Part shown: piece after piece, positions 39,526 through 49,757 of the stretch
How positions within the stretch are numbered: position 1 is the stretch's first letter
Layout: every line of letters starts with the position of its first letter
Made by a program: the position numbers and the translations under genes
Notes under the pieces: model-generated
What the model saw: only the letters and a program-made list of their open reading frames with translations
What the model was told of the DNA's origin: nothing
Database searches by the model: none
DNA from: an uncultured virus (IMG/VR IMGVR_UViG_3300028854_000016)
Lineage: Duplodnaviria > Heunggongvirae > Uroviricota > Caudoviricetes
Strand: one strand, 5' to 3'
Length of the DNA: 64,000 nucleotides
Virus record (IMG/VR): IMGVR_UViG_3300028854_000016
Coordinates: 1-64,000 of that record

Positions 39526-40137
39526 ATGGCTACCAGCTCATTATTGAATTTTACAGTCCCTCTATCAGATATTGGTATTCCTGCATCAGGCCAAGGTCTT
39601 TTGATGCCAAAAATCAAATACAGATTTCGCATTCTTTTTATTGGTTTTGGTGTGTCTGCTCCAACAACCGAATTAACTAAACAAGTTGTCGATTTCAAGC
39701 GACCATCTATTTCATTTGATGAGCAAGAAATTGACGTATACAACAGCAAAATTCACTATGCTGGAAAACCAAAATGGTCTGATACCACCATCACTCTGCG
39801 TGATGATATGCAAGGAGAAGTATCAACATTGGTGGGGCAACAAATTCAGAAACAATTTGATTTTTTAAATCAATCGAGCGCAAGTTCAGCTTCAGATTAC
39901 AAATTCCAAACTATTTGTGAAATGTTGGATGGTGGTAATGGAGCGAACGAGCCAACAGTATTGGAAACTTGGAATTTGATCGGCTGTTACATCAAGAGTT
40001 CAGATTATGATTCGCTTGATTATAAGACTTCTGATCCAGTTATGATAAAATTAGACATTGTGTTTGATAACGCTTTACAGACACCAGCAGGAATCGGCGC
40101 TGCTGTAACTAGAACACTTGGAACTATAGCAATTTAA
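39526..40137 (+). CDS. tail tube protein (T4 gp19-like)
   Basis: LMPKIKYRFR, YAGKPKW, ETWNLIGCY, IVFDNA; follows the sheath gene. Confidence 0.85.
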   Translation: MATSSLLNFTVPLSDIGIPASGQGLLMPKIKYRFRILFIGFGVSAPTTELTKQVVDFKRPSISFDEQEIDVYNSKIHYAGKPKWSDTTITLRDDMQGEVSTLVGQQIQKQFDFLNQSSASSASDYKFQTICEMLDGGNGANEPTVLETWNLIGCYIKSSDYDSLDYKTSDPVMIKLDIVFDNALQTPAGIGAAVTRTLGTIAI

Positions 40138-40145
40138 TGCTATAA

Positions 40146-40177
40146 AAAAGAGCCAGATATTAATATCTGGCTCTTTT
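40146..40177 (+). terminator. intrinsic terminator
   Basis: aaaagagccagata-ttaa-tatctggctctttt. Confidence 0.75.
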
Positions 40178-40182
40178 AACTT

Positions 40183-40241
40183 GCCATTCACGACTCTGAC
40201 AAGTCCAATGGCTCTATCATAACTTGGAGAAATGACAGCCT
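40183..40241 (+). ncRNA. structured endonuclease-gene leader motif, copy 3
   Basis: gccatt-cac-gact-loop-agtc-c-aatggc-tcta-tcat-(ggag)-atga-cagc-ct-ATG. Confidence 0.65.
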
Positions 40242-41718
40242 ATGTCTATTTATACATACGAATCAGCACTCGCAGAAATTATCAGATTGAAATCAAAAAC
40301 TCCGTATTATGTTAACTTAATTAGAAAAATTGAATATAAATCATTGCTTGAGTGGATTAATATCCAAATTCCTGATGAAAAATACACAATAGGAGCAAAA
40401 ATTTTTCTTTTGCTTAACTCAGATTTAGAATTAATATGCCCATATGGAAAAGAAAAGAAATACAGAGCAGATTTATCTAAATTTGTTTGTATTAAATCGT
40501 GTCAATGTACAAAAGATAATAGATCCAAAACAAATGTTGATGTTTATGGATCAAGCTGTCCTTTGAAAAGCATAGAAGTGCAAGAAAAGAGAAAAAATAC
40601 TTGTATAGAATTGTATGGAGTTGATCATCCATCTAAATCAGAAGAAATTAAGAATAAAAAGAAACAAACCTGCATTAAAAATTTTGGTTATGATAATAAT
40701 TTAAAATCCCCAAAATGCAGAGAGAAGCGAAAGAAAACAATGTTAGAAAAATATGGATACGAAAATCCAGGAAATTGCCCAGAAATAATAGAAAAACAGC
40801 AAAACACTTGTATGGAAAATAATGGAGTTTCCTTCCCCTTTCAAGCAAAAGAAATTCAAGATAGAGTTAAGAAAACAATGTTAGAAAAATATGGATACGA
40901 AAATCCAGGAAATTGCCCAGAAATAATAGAAAAACAGCAAACCACTTGTATGGAAAGATATGGAGTTAATACTCCTTTTGACTCAAAAGAAATTCAAGAA
41001 AAAAGCAAAAATACACGAGAAAAAAATTATAAATTAAATTCTGTAATCAAAAAATCTAATGAAAAATTAAAAAATATAAGTATTTATGGAAAAGAAGATC
41101 CTACTAGTAAAGAAAAAGCAATAAAATATAAGAAAAACTAATATACAAAAATATGGAACTGAATGGTCAGTTCAAAAACATATTACTTCAAAATCTTTAG
41201 AAATTCTAAATTCTAAAAAATTATTAAATGAGATGTTAGAAAAAAATTCATTTGATGAAATATCAAAATTATTAGGAGTTACTTATTCTACAATTAATAG
41301 AAGATACAGAAAACACAATCCAGAAAAACCCTTGATTAAAAGGTCAAGTTCATTTCAAAATGAAATTGCTTGTTGGTTAATACAAGAAAATATAAAATTT
41401 ACTGAAAAAAATCGCACAATTTTAAAAAATAAAATTAAAATTAAAAATTTAAAAACAAAAGAATTAGATTTTTATCTTCCAGATTATAAAATTGGAATTG
41501 AATTCAATGGAACATATTGGCATATGGACCCAAGAAAATATAAATCAATTGATTATAATGAAATTGCTAAAAAGACAGCTCAAGAAATTTGGGATAAAGA
41601 CAAATATAAAGAAGATTTATGCAAATCATTGGATATAAAATTAATAGTTATTTGGGAGCAAGACTGGAAATCCAACAAAGAACAAATCAAAACAAATATA
41701 CTATCCCAACTTAGCTAA
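40242..41718 (+). pseudogene. KYG/Vsr-like homing endonuclease with a frameshift near 41100-41140
   Basis: first frame stops at 41141; second frame IRKTNIQKYGTEWSVQKH runs into ELDFYLPDYKIGIEFNGTYWHMDP. Confidence 0.75.
40731..40956 (+). repeat. near-perfect ~88-bp direct repeat, period 138 bp
   Basis: KKTMLEKYGYENPGNCPEIIEKQQ(N/T)TCME encoded at 40731 and 40869. Confidence 0.9.
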
Positions 41719-41726
41719 ATATTAAT

Positions 41727-42878
41727 ATGGGAACTCTTAATAGTGTTTTATCATCGATTAAATATGCAGCGCAACCATCTATAACTCTGCGTAACTATCA
41801 ACACGCGACTAAAATTTTTGGACCAAATAATAATAGTCTAGCGCCGAAAACAAAAAACTGGTTCCATATATATTTCCAAGTAAATCCTTCTGTAGTAACA
41901 CAAGTAACCAACCAGTTGAGCGCGGCTGTAACTAATGATAGGATAAACTGGAATCCCGCAAATCTTCCTGTTCTTGGAGTGTTAGCTAAAACAGTTGCCC
42001 TTCCAAAAATTAAAATAAATACTGAAAAAAATAATCAATATAATAGATGGTCATTGACTCCAACAAAAATTAATTATGACCCAATTTCAATAAGTTTTTG
42101 GGATGATACTATTAATGTTATTCAGCATTTTTGGTATGGTTATTACCAATATATGAATCAGGATCCAAATTTTGTTAATTGGGCTGCTAGTCAATCGCAG
42201 GGAATAAATATCCCGCCTCAATGGTCACAATCCAGTGGAAATGTCAGTTCATTGTATAATAGTTCATTTTTTAACTATGGACTTGATACAATTCCTACAA
42301 CAAGCAATGGGAGTCCACTTGCATTTGCTCCTGGAGTAAATTTTAGTAGGAGCAATAATTTTTTGGAGAGTATTAGAATATATCAGTTCAATAGAGCTGT
42401 TAATCCCAAAGGAGTAGAATATACTGAATTCACGTTAGTAAATCCAATTATAACTGGATTCAGTCATGATGATTTGGAATCATCTTCATCTGACTTTATG
42501 ATCAATAAAATGGATGTAGAATATGAAACTGTATTTTATAATAATGGTTATCTAAATAATGATGAAATTGCATCATGGGATGCAGTAACTTCTACATTAT
42601 TTGATAATACTCCAAGTCCATTGGGATCAATAAATCCATTACTCAATACTATTTCGCAAAGTATATCAACTACTCAAAGTGCTGTTGCAACAGGTCAAGA
42701 AATTTCTCGCAATACTGGCGGAGTTACCAGCGTTGCAACTATTCTAAGTGAAGCTGGCCAAGTTTCATCATTAACTAATGCTGCGGGACAATTAATCAAT
42801 AATGGTTCATTAACTGTGCCAACACCAGCCAATAGTTTTGGAGATTCTGGCTTACCGCCATTATCTGTTGGAGTTTAA
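41727..42878 (+). CDS. tail-tube-like baseplate junction protein (gp48/gp54-like)
   Basis: AKTVALPK, NQYNR, INYDPISISFWDD, LVNPIIT, VEYETV. Confidence 0.65.
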   Translation: MGTLNSVLSSIKYAAQPSITLRNYQHATKIFGPNNNSLAPKTKNWFHIYFQVNPSVVTQVTNQLSAAVTNDRINWNPANLPVLGVLAKTVALPKIKINTEKNNQYNRWSLTPTKINYDPISISFWDDTINVIQHFWYGYYQYMNQDPNFVNWAASQSQGINIPPQWSQSSGNVSSLYNSSFFNYGLDTIPTTSNGSPLAFAPGVNFSRSNNFLESIRIYQFNRAVNPKGVEYTEFTLVNPIITGFSHDDLESSSSDFMINKMDVEYETVFYNNGYLNNDEIASWDAVTSTLFDNTPSPLGSINPLLNTISQSISTTQSAVATGQEISRNTGGVTSVATILSEAGQVSSLTNAAGQLINNGSLTVPTPANSFGDSGLPPLSVGV

Positions 42879-42880
42879 TT

Positions 42881-43633
42881 ATGAAAATTGATGAAATACT
42901 TTGTGAATATACTCAATTACAAGGAATAATACCTCCATATGGAAAGGGGCATATTGACTTCGATGAATTTTTAAAAAAGAAATGGCCAATAGCGTATAAC
43001 TCTTCATTTACAATTTATCGTGGTGTCGAAATTAAATCAGAAGGTTATTTATTATATGGCGATAGCAGGTTAACAGAAAGAGTGTCTGCAAATACTGACA
43101 ATTATTATACACAAATAATAGACAATATTCTTCCAGAATGGGAAAAATTTCCAAAAAGATCGAGAAGTTTTATTTGCACAAATGAGCATTTTGATGCAAT
43201 GGCAATGGGAAGACCATATAGAGTATATCCAGTTGGAGATCCTTTAATTGGAATTTGTCCATATTCTGATTTGTGGATTTCATTTAAACATATTCACCTT
43301 GGTAAATTTGCTCGCATGTTTGAAGAAATAGAAAAAGAATTAGGAATAGTTGTCAATGACAAAGATTTAGGATCAATCAAAAATTTTATTAAATATGCTA
43401 ATGAAAATTTTGATAAAATAATAAAAATTATTAAAAAATATGTGCAAGAAACTTACCCAAATACAATAGAAGATAAAAAATCATTTATGGAAGTTTTAGA
43501 ATGGATATTAGATCCTATTAGCAATAGTTTCAGATTAGCCAGATTATCTCAAATTCCTGCTCTATATAATGGATTAAATGATCATGAACACGAATTTTGG
43601 TTCTCTGGGCCAGCGTATTTTGTATCATCTTAA
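42881..43633 (+). CDS. ADP-ribosyltransferase-like protein (divergent paralogue)
   Basis: IYRG..ERVSANT..KRSRSFICT..VYP..EHEFWFSG. Confidence 0.5.
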   Translation: MKIDEILCEYTQLQGIIPPYGKGHIDFDEFLKKKWPIAYNSSFTIYRGVEIKSEGYLLYGDSRLTERVSANTDNYYTQIIDNILPEWEKFPKRSRSFICTNEHFDAMAMGRPYRVYPVGDPLIGICPYSDLWISFKHIHLGKFARMFEEIEKELGIVVNDKDLGSIKNFIKYANENFDKIIKIIKKYVQETYPNTIEDKKSFMEVLEWILDPISNSFRLARLSQIPALYNGLNDHEHEFWFSGPAYFVSS

Positions 43634-43642
43634 AGGAGTTAT

Positions 43643-43954
43643 ATGGCAACGTTAAAAATAAAATCGACTAATGTAGAAAGAAATAATTATGATTATGTAC
43701 GAGCATACGCAGAAACTCAAAGCTCAAATTCGACAATTGTTGACGAATTAATACAGGCCTATGTATTAGTTGCACAAAATTTAAATATAACTCCTTTACA
43801 ATTTATTCAATTAGTTGAAAGTAAAGGTAATACTGTTGAGCAAGCACAATATTTGGCACAGCAATTAAATAGTGTTAGAGTAAGATCGGCGTATTTGGGT
43901 GTTAGATTGAACCAAAATACTCCAGTATTTATTGCTAGAGAGATTGCGGCCTAA
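43643..43954 (+). CDS. hypothetical virion-region protein
   Basis: 103 aa, AAGGAG SD. Confidence 0.65.
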   Translation: MATLKIKSTNVERNNYDYVRAYAETQSSNSTIVDELIQAYVLVAQNLNITPLQFIQLVESKGNTVEQAQYLAQQLNSVRVRSAYLGVRLNQNTPVFIAREIAA

Positions 43955-43963
43955 CGAGGAAAT

Positions 43964-44398
43964 ATGCCAAAATACCATAAAGGATTTTATACTATTAAGA
44001 ATAAAGAAAAGTATATAGGAAAAAGAGCGCCCATTTACAGAAGCGGCTGGGAAGCGACTTTTATGCAATTTTGTGATTTCAATCCCAATGTTTTGCAATG
44101 GGCCTCAGAATCAATAGCAATTTTATATCAAGACCCATTAACTGGAAAGAAGAAAAATTATTATCCAGATTTCCTTGTTATATACAATGATAAAGATAAT
44201 ATTCGGAAAGCAGAAATTGTAGAAATTAAGCCCAGCACACAGACTGGACAAACAAAAACTAAAAGTAAAATAAATAATGCAGCAATTATTCGCAATCATG
44301 CTAAGTGGGCTGCTGCATTACAATACGCAGAAATGAATGGGCTTAATTTTCGTCTAATCACAGAGAATGAGTTGTTTGGTATTAAAGGAAAAATATGA
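43964..44398 (+). CDS. head completion nuclease (T4 gp4-like)
   Basis: YRSGWE..FCD.NPNVLQWASE..YYPDF..VEIKP..NHAKWAAA. Confidence 0.88.
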   Translation: MPKYHKGFYTIKNKEKYIGKRAPIYRSGWEATFMQFCDFNPNVLQWASESIAILYQDPLTGKKKNYYPDFLVIYNDKDNIRKAEIVEIKPSTQTGQTKTKSKINNAAIIRNHAKWAAALQYAEMNGLNFRLITENELFGIKGKI

Positions 44399-44868
44399 AA
44401 ACAAATACTAAATTAGAAGAAGTATTTAATATGTCTCCAGCTACTTCTCTTGAAATTGTTCCAGTTCAAAAAGAAGAAACTTCTTTAGTTATGGAAACAA
44501 AATATAAAGAGCTTGATATTATTGAACGAGCATTACAAGAAGTTGCTGGATTAACTTCTGATGATAATGAACTTGATAAATTGGCAGAACTTGCTATAAC
44601 TTCTCATAATGATATGATCGAACTTTCTCTTAATGTGGAACAACGCTTTTGCGGTGAGATTGCAGGTGTCGCCTCCAATTTTTTAAGTGCAGCAATTACT
44701 GCCAAAACAAATAAAATCAAATCAAAATTAGACAGAATTGAGCTTCAACTTAAAAAGAAACTCATTGATTTCAAGACAAAAGAAAGTCAAGATAAAATAC
44801 CATTAGACGGCGAGAGTATGGTAATGGATCGCAACCAATTACTAGCTGAATTACTTAAAAAGCCATAA
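44395..44868 (+). CDS. hypothetical protein, small terminase candidate
   Basis: 157-aa helical protein ending MDRNQLLAELL, coupled to the gp4-like gene. Confidence 0.45.
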   Translation: MKTNTKLEEVFNMSPATSLEIVPVQKEETSLVMETKYKELDIIERALQEVAGLTSDDNELDKLAELAITSHNDMIELSLNVEQRFCGEIAGVASNFLSAAITAKTNKIKSKLDRIELQLKKKLIDFKTKESQDKIPLDGESMVMDRNQLLAELLKKP

Positions 44869-44896
44869 AGTGATAAATAATACTAGAGGATTAAAT

Positions 44897-45502
44897 ATGA
44901 AATTATTCAGCCAACTTTTGAAAGAAAGCGTGAGAACTTATAATTATAGCATTAAACTCAACTTTAACCCAACAGATGATGTGATGGATAAAATTGAGCA
45001 AGCATTGGCAAAATATCAATTGGTGGATATAAGCAAACCGAAAAGTAGACCAATTTCTCGTGTTGATAAGGATTTTCCTGGTTTGAATCCAGAAGTTTAT
45101 ACTATTGATGTTAGTTTGGCATATCCAGGATCATCTAATATGGTTCGCCACACAGTTGCATCTATTGGGTTAGAATTGCAGAATGTTGCAGTTGTTAGCA
45201 CAGATCATGAAGCTTCTGTGGATGCTGAAGAAAATCTTATTGATACTAATGACGCAGAAGGTATTGCATTATTGGACAAAGCAGAACCAAAGCAAGATAA
45301 TAAGAAAATTAGTGAAGAGAATTTTGGAGACGCTTACAATGAGCGTTTAATAAAAAATTCAATTGGCTCCACAGATCAAATTATTCCCAAAGAACTGAAG
45401 AAAATTAAAGCAGAAACAACTAATGATCTTCCAATTGGAAAGAAATCAGCTATGGGAAGCGTAAAACCAAAAATTCCAACAGTTAAGAGTTTTGCTCGTT
45501 AA
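44897..45502 (+). CDS. hypothetical protein
   Basis: MKLFSQLLKES start after GAGG SD and ATAAATA. Confidence 0.7.
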   Translation: MKLFSQLLKESVRTYNYSIKLNFNPTDDVMDKIEQALAKYQLVDISKPKSRPISRVDKDFPGLNPEVYTIDVSLAYPGSSNMVRHTVASIGLELQNVAVVSTDHEASVDAEENLIDTNDAEGIALLDKAEPKQDNKKISEENFGDAYNERLIKNSIGSTDQIIPKELKKIKAETTNDLPIGKKSAMGSVKPKIPTVKSFAR

Positions 45503-45513
45503 GGATTAATAAA

Positions 45514-48500
45514 ATGGAAATGGAAAGAATATTAGCAGTATTTAATGCGATGCAGAATAATAATTTGACTGCCACACCTCCAACTTCATTAGTTTCTGAA
45601 GAAAATTCTTCATATAAATGCGATCAATGTTATGATACTGGCGATAAAGATTGCAGTATTTGTAATGGCAAAGGTTATATAGATGAAGATTGGATGGAAA
45701 GTAGAAATTGCGCTCATTGCGATGCAAGTGGCAAAATTCCTTGTAGATGCAAAACTGATAGAGTAAATGAAGAACAAGAATGTTGGAAATGTAATGGTTC
45801 TGGAGTTAATTGCCCAGATTGCCAAGGTGCTGGAAGAGTTGAAAAAGTGAAAAATAAAAAAATTAACGAAGATTGGGGCAGCAGTGATACTTCTATTGCA
45901 ATGCAGCAGATGAAGCAGGATATGGAAGATTATCCTTCTGAAACATTAGAAGATGCTGCTTATGCGACTGCTGAAAGATTTTGGGATCAAATGGGATATT
46001 CCAATGTAGAAATGGCAAAAGATAGACTGCTTCAACTATGGGAACTTAGAAAGAATAGAGGAAGATTTTTTGAATCTGCTGAACCTATTTCTAAAAATAA
46101 TATTGAAGATTTGTATACAGAAGCAATGACACAATGTAATTTTATAACTCAACAATTTAAATTAATTAATCCAACTCGTAAATCAATAATTCAACAAAAT
46201 TTAACTAATTTGGGAATTGAGTTTTTAGAAATTGGAAAAATGGCAAAAAATGCCATGAAATTTCTAATAGATGGCGATAAAGATCAAGCTATAGTTACAT
46301 ATCAATATGCTATAAATAAACTGGATGATGCTTCAAATAAATGGGGAACATTGGTGGTTGAAAATAAATTAAATAAATTAAATAAAAATCACAAATGTTC
46401 ATTTTGTGATGGGAATAAATATGTCCCAGAGCCTTTACCGACAAAAGATTTAGGAAATGGCAGTTTTACAACTGGTTCTAGAGCAGTGCCATGTAAATAT
46501 TGCAATAAGAATGGAAAACAAATTTCAGAATCTAAAGAAGTAATTTGTAAAAATTGCAGCGCGGATGGTGTAATCCCGTGCCAAGCTTGTAAGGGAAAAG
46601 ATGGAAATTTTGAATGTAAAGAATGTTTTGGAGAAGGCGAAATAACTTGCAATAAATGTAAAGGGAAGGGATATGTTGAAATGAAAAAAGTTAATGAATG
46701 CGATACTATTGGCATTGAGCAAACAACTCCAAGCAATTTAACAATTAATACAAGCTATGATAGTTTAACTAATAAAAAGACGATTAATATTAGCGCAGAT
46801 AATGAAAGAGCAGAAGAGTTGGATCGCATTCTTAAATTAAGTGGAATAATTCCTGATCGAACTCAAGTTGAAGAACCCATTGAAAAAGATAATTTTTATG
46901 GTCTAAGAGAAGATTTTAACTCTGATCCTGAAGATGAAATTGATTTTAGGGATAGTGATGAAAGTGTAGAACCAGGATTGTGTTGCAGATGTTCTTGGCC
47001 AATTGAAAATGATGGTTTTGATTTTAGTGGTCTGTGTTATGATTGCTACAATAAAGTATCTGAAAAGTTAGAAGATAATTATTTGGAGAATGATAGATTT
47101 AATGAATCATTTCTTAGAGAATCAAGTGAATATATTGTTCGTGGAGAATTACCTGGGCTTAACTTATCTAACATGCGAACAGTTTATTTACATGTTATTA
47201 ATGGAACTCCGACATACTATGATTTTTGTGATAGAAATATGGCAACTAAGTTTTCTGATTTAGAAGAAGCTAAACAAAAAGCTGCTCATTTTAAAAGAGA
47301 TTGGGATTACATTCACATTCAAAATGTTAAAGTTGTTCCACTTGGGATTAATGAAAGTTCAATTGATGTAAAAGCTATAAAGAATTTTGATTGTCCAAGA
47401 TGCAAAGCTAAAAAAGGCGATGAATGCCATACATCTGAGGGAGAACGCATTGTTTTCCCACATGAAGAGCGTGTTAAAAAAGCTGAAAAAGTAAATGAAA
47501 GTAAATATTCAACATTAGTAGATACTTGTAAAGTTTGTGGCGATAAATTATATTTTAACAATTCATCCCATATATGGATTCATGATGATCCAACGATTAC
47601 AAATAAACATAATCATAAAGCTGTTCCAAAACAACATAAAGAAAACGGAATGCCATTAGAAGAATCTTCAGAACCAAAGAGAATTAAACATCCAGGCGTT
47701 CAATGTGCTGGGAAAGATTGCAAGAAAGCTGCTCGATGGAGAATGACTGATGGAAAATTAATGTGTGATGGCTGCAAATCTAAAGGAAAAATAAATGAAT
47801 GGGTGGGTAGTATTGAACCATCTGTTGGGCCAATTTCAAGATTTCTTAAAGAGAAAGGTTTTAAATTAGGAGCATCTAATAATTCTTATTCTCATTGGAC
47901 TTATGGTAATTTTACCGTAACTTTATATCCAGGAAAATTTGATGGTAAACGTACTCCAAGAACAACTTGGGCAATTTATAGTGGAAATACTCGCGTACCA
48001 TCAATGCATGGTGCTGGTCTTACAGAATTAGAAAGAGCAATAAATGCTTCCATTATTCCTATGAATGAATCATGGCAAGATAAGCGTGATAATGAACTAC
48101 GTGTTAAAGGAAATTTTGGAAAATGCGTTAGTTGTGGGGAAGATGTTGGAAAACACAATGAAGAAGAATCTAAAAAATGTATGGATAAAAAGAAGGATAA
48201 AAATATGAATGAAGCATTGACACCAAAGAGAGAAAATTCAGGATTAAATGGCGCATCAAGAGGTTGGGCAAACAGTCCCAATGAGCAAATCGCTGGTTGG
48301 AGAGCATTGGTTGATGATGCTGATGGTCCAAATAAACCAAAAGAAATGTTGAATAAAATCAAAGGTAATGATAACACAATGACTGTTGTTGCCAATGAAA
48401 AAGATAAACCTTTGCATGAAAATAAACAAATTAATGTCATTGCTGAAAAACTAAGCAAGAAATTTACTTCTTTAAATGAAAACGAAGCAAGATATGCAGC

Positions 48501-49005
48501 AAACCAGCTTAATTTTAATCATGTTGAAAGAAAATTAAAAGAAGCTGGCTTCAAACACAATCCTGAAAAGGAAGCTGAAATTAATCGTTCTGCTCATATT
48601 TTTACTGGAAATAATGGAAGTTTTGTTTCAGTATCCAAAGATGGAAAATGGGACTGGGCATATCATCATGACGAAACATTGGATGAAGGTTCAGGAAAAG
48701 CTTCTTTATTAGATTTAATTTATCAGTTTCTTATGGATGAATATAATTCTGGAGAATGGGAATCAGAACCATCATTAGAAGATGAATTAGAAGCAAATGC
48801 AGCTTTTGATGAAGAACCAATGATGGAAGATTCAAAATCAGAACATGATAAGGCTGTGGATGCAGCATTTGATCAAAATGAAAAATATGGAAAGATGCTT
48901 TCAGCATTAGACAAACAGCCAAATATATTTTCAAAAGCAGCGAAAAGAATGGGAAAAGTTTCCAAAGATTATAAACCAGCAGGAGTTCCAGTTAGGGAGA
49001 AATAA
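45514..49005 (+). CDS. 1163-aa modular protein with many zinc-finger modules (putative protease-processed head polyprotein)
   Basis: DnaJ-like CxxCxGxG and other CxxC modules separated by about 19 hydrophobic-x-E motifs. Confidence 0.7.
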   Translation: MEMERILAVFNAMQNNNLTATPPTSLVSEENSSYKCDQCYDTGDKDCSICNGKGYIDEDWMESRNCAHCDASGKIPCRCKTDRVNEEQECWKCNGSGVNCPDCQGAGRVEKVKNKKINEDWGSSDTSIAMQQMKQDMEDYPSETLEDAAYATAERFWDQMGYSNVEMAKDRLLQLWELRKNRGRFFESAEPISKNNIEDLYTEAMTQCNFITQQFKLINPTRKSIIQQNLTNLGIEFLEIGKMAKNAMKFLIDGDKDQAIVTYQYAINKLDDASNKWGTLVVENKLNKLNKNHKCSFCDGNKYVPEPLPTKDLGNGSFTTGSRAVPCKYCNKNGKQISESKEVICKNCSADGVIPCQACKGKDGNFECKECFGEGEITCNKCKGKGYVEMKKVNECDTIGIEQTTPSNLTINTSYDSLTNKKTINISADNERAEELDRILKLSGIIPDRTQVEEPIEKDNFYGLREDFNSDPEDEIDFRDSDESVEPGLCCRCSWPIENDGFDFSGLCYDCYNKVSEKLEDNYLENDRFNESFLRESSEYIVRGELPGLNLSNMRTVYLHVINGTPTYYDFCDRNMATKFSDLEEAKQKAAHFKRDWDYIHIQNVKVVPLGINESSIDVKAIKNFDCPRCKAKKGDECHTSEGERIVFPHEERVKKAEKVNESKYSTLVDTCKVCGDKLYFNNSSHIWIHDDPTITNKHNHKAVPKQHKENGMPLEESSEPKRIKHPGVQCAGKDCKKAARWRMTDGKLMCDGCKSKGKINEWVGSIEPSVGPISRFLKEKGFKLGASNNSYSHWTYGNFTVTLYPGKFDGKRTPRTTWAIYSGNTRVPSMHGAGLTELERAINASIIPMNESWQDKRDNELRVKGNFGKCVSCGEDVGKHNEEESKKCMDKKKDKNMNEALTPKRENSGLNGASRGWANSPNEQIAGWRALVDDADGPNKPKEMLNKIKGNDNTMTVVANEKDKPLHENKQINVIAEKLSKKFTSLNENEARYAANQLNFNHVERKLKEAGFKHNPEKEAEINRSAHIFTGNNGSFVSVSKDGKWDWAYHHDETLDEGSGKASLLDLIYQFLMDEYNSGEWESEPSLEDELEANAAFDEEPMMEDSKSEHDKAVDAAFDQNEKYGKMLSALDKQPNIFSKAAKRMGKVSKDYKPAGVPVREK

Positions 49006-49006
49006 C

Positions 49007-49327
49007 GTGAAAACAAGTGCAGAATTATTAAGAGAATATTCCTCTATGATTAAAGAAGACGAAGATGATTTTGATGCTTCAGATTTTAATGAAAATGAAC
49101 CAGACGATTTTGAAGAAATGAATCGCAACGAAGCTGATGATTATAGAAATGAAAGTTCTTCAGATATGGACAACGACGACAATCCAGTTAGTAAATTAGT
49201 AGATTATTTAGATGCTGAAACAAATAATGAGTTTGATTTTACTACACTTATCAGTCAATTTATGAAGGAAAATAATTATGAATTAGTTCCTACTAATAGT
49301 TTGGAGAATTCTACTGGGAATGTATAA
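49007..49327 (+). CDS. acidic hypothetical protein
   Basis: GTG start, AELLREYSSMIKEDE resembles the MNLxEE..KY..INE family. Confidence 0.65.
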   Translation: MKTSAELLREYSSMIKEDEDDFDASDFNENEPDDFEEMNRNEADDYRNESSSDMDNDDNPVSKLVDYLDAETNNEFDFTTLISQFMKENNYELVPTNSLENSTGNV

Positions 49328-49701
49328 TGGAAATAATAATTAGTGAATTGAGATCGAGACGAGCGCCTATGTTTGAGTCTGATGCTGCTGGCAGCATGGA
49401 TTCAAACACAACTTCTGCTATGCCTAATACTCGATACTATGATGGTGGAGATGCTTATTTTCATTATAGATCGATGGTAATGGTCAGCAGTTTTCCAGAC
49501 AAACCAAAAATTGATCCTTATGGACCAACTGCTGATTATCCATTTTCAAGTGCTTATACTCCAGAGGAAGATTCTATGATAGCAGCCGCTGCAAAGTTGT
49601 GTGGTTATCCAGGTAAAAGGTTGGGAAATTCCAAAAGCATAGAAAATGATGATATTCATCGTGTTTCACCTAATAATCACAATAGCGGGAAAAATAAATA
49701 A
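49327..49701 (+). CDS. hypothetical protein
   Basis: 124 aa, coupled to the previous gene. Confidence 0.65.
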   Translation: MEIIISELRSRRAPMFESDAAGSMDSNTTSAMPNTRYYDGGDAYFHYRSMVMVSSFPDKPKIDPYGPTADYPFSSAYTPEEDSMIAAAAKLCGYPGKRLGNSKSIENDDIHRVSPNNHNSGKNK

Positions 49702-49757
49702 AGGAAATTTAAGTCAGCACATAAAATCAAAACATCTAAATAAGCATAAATACTAAT

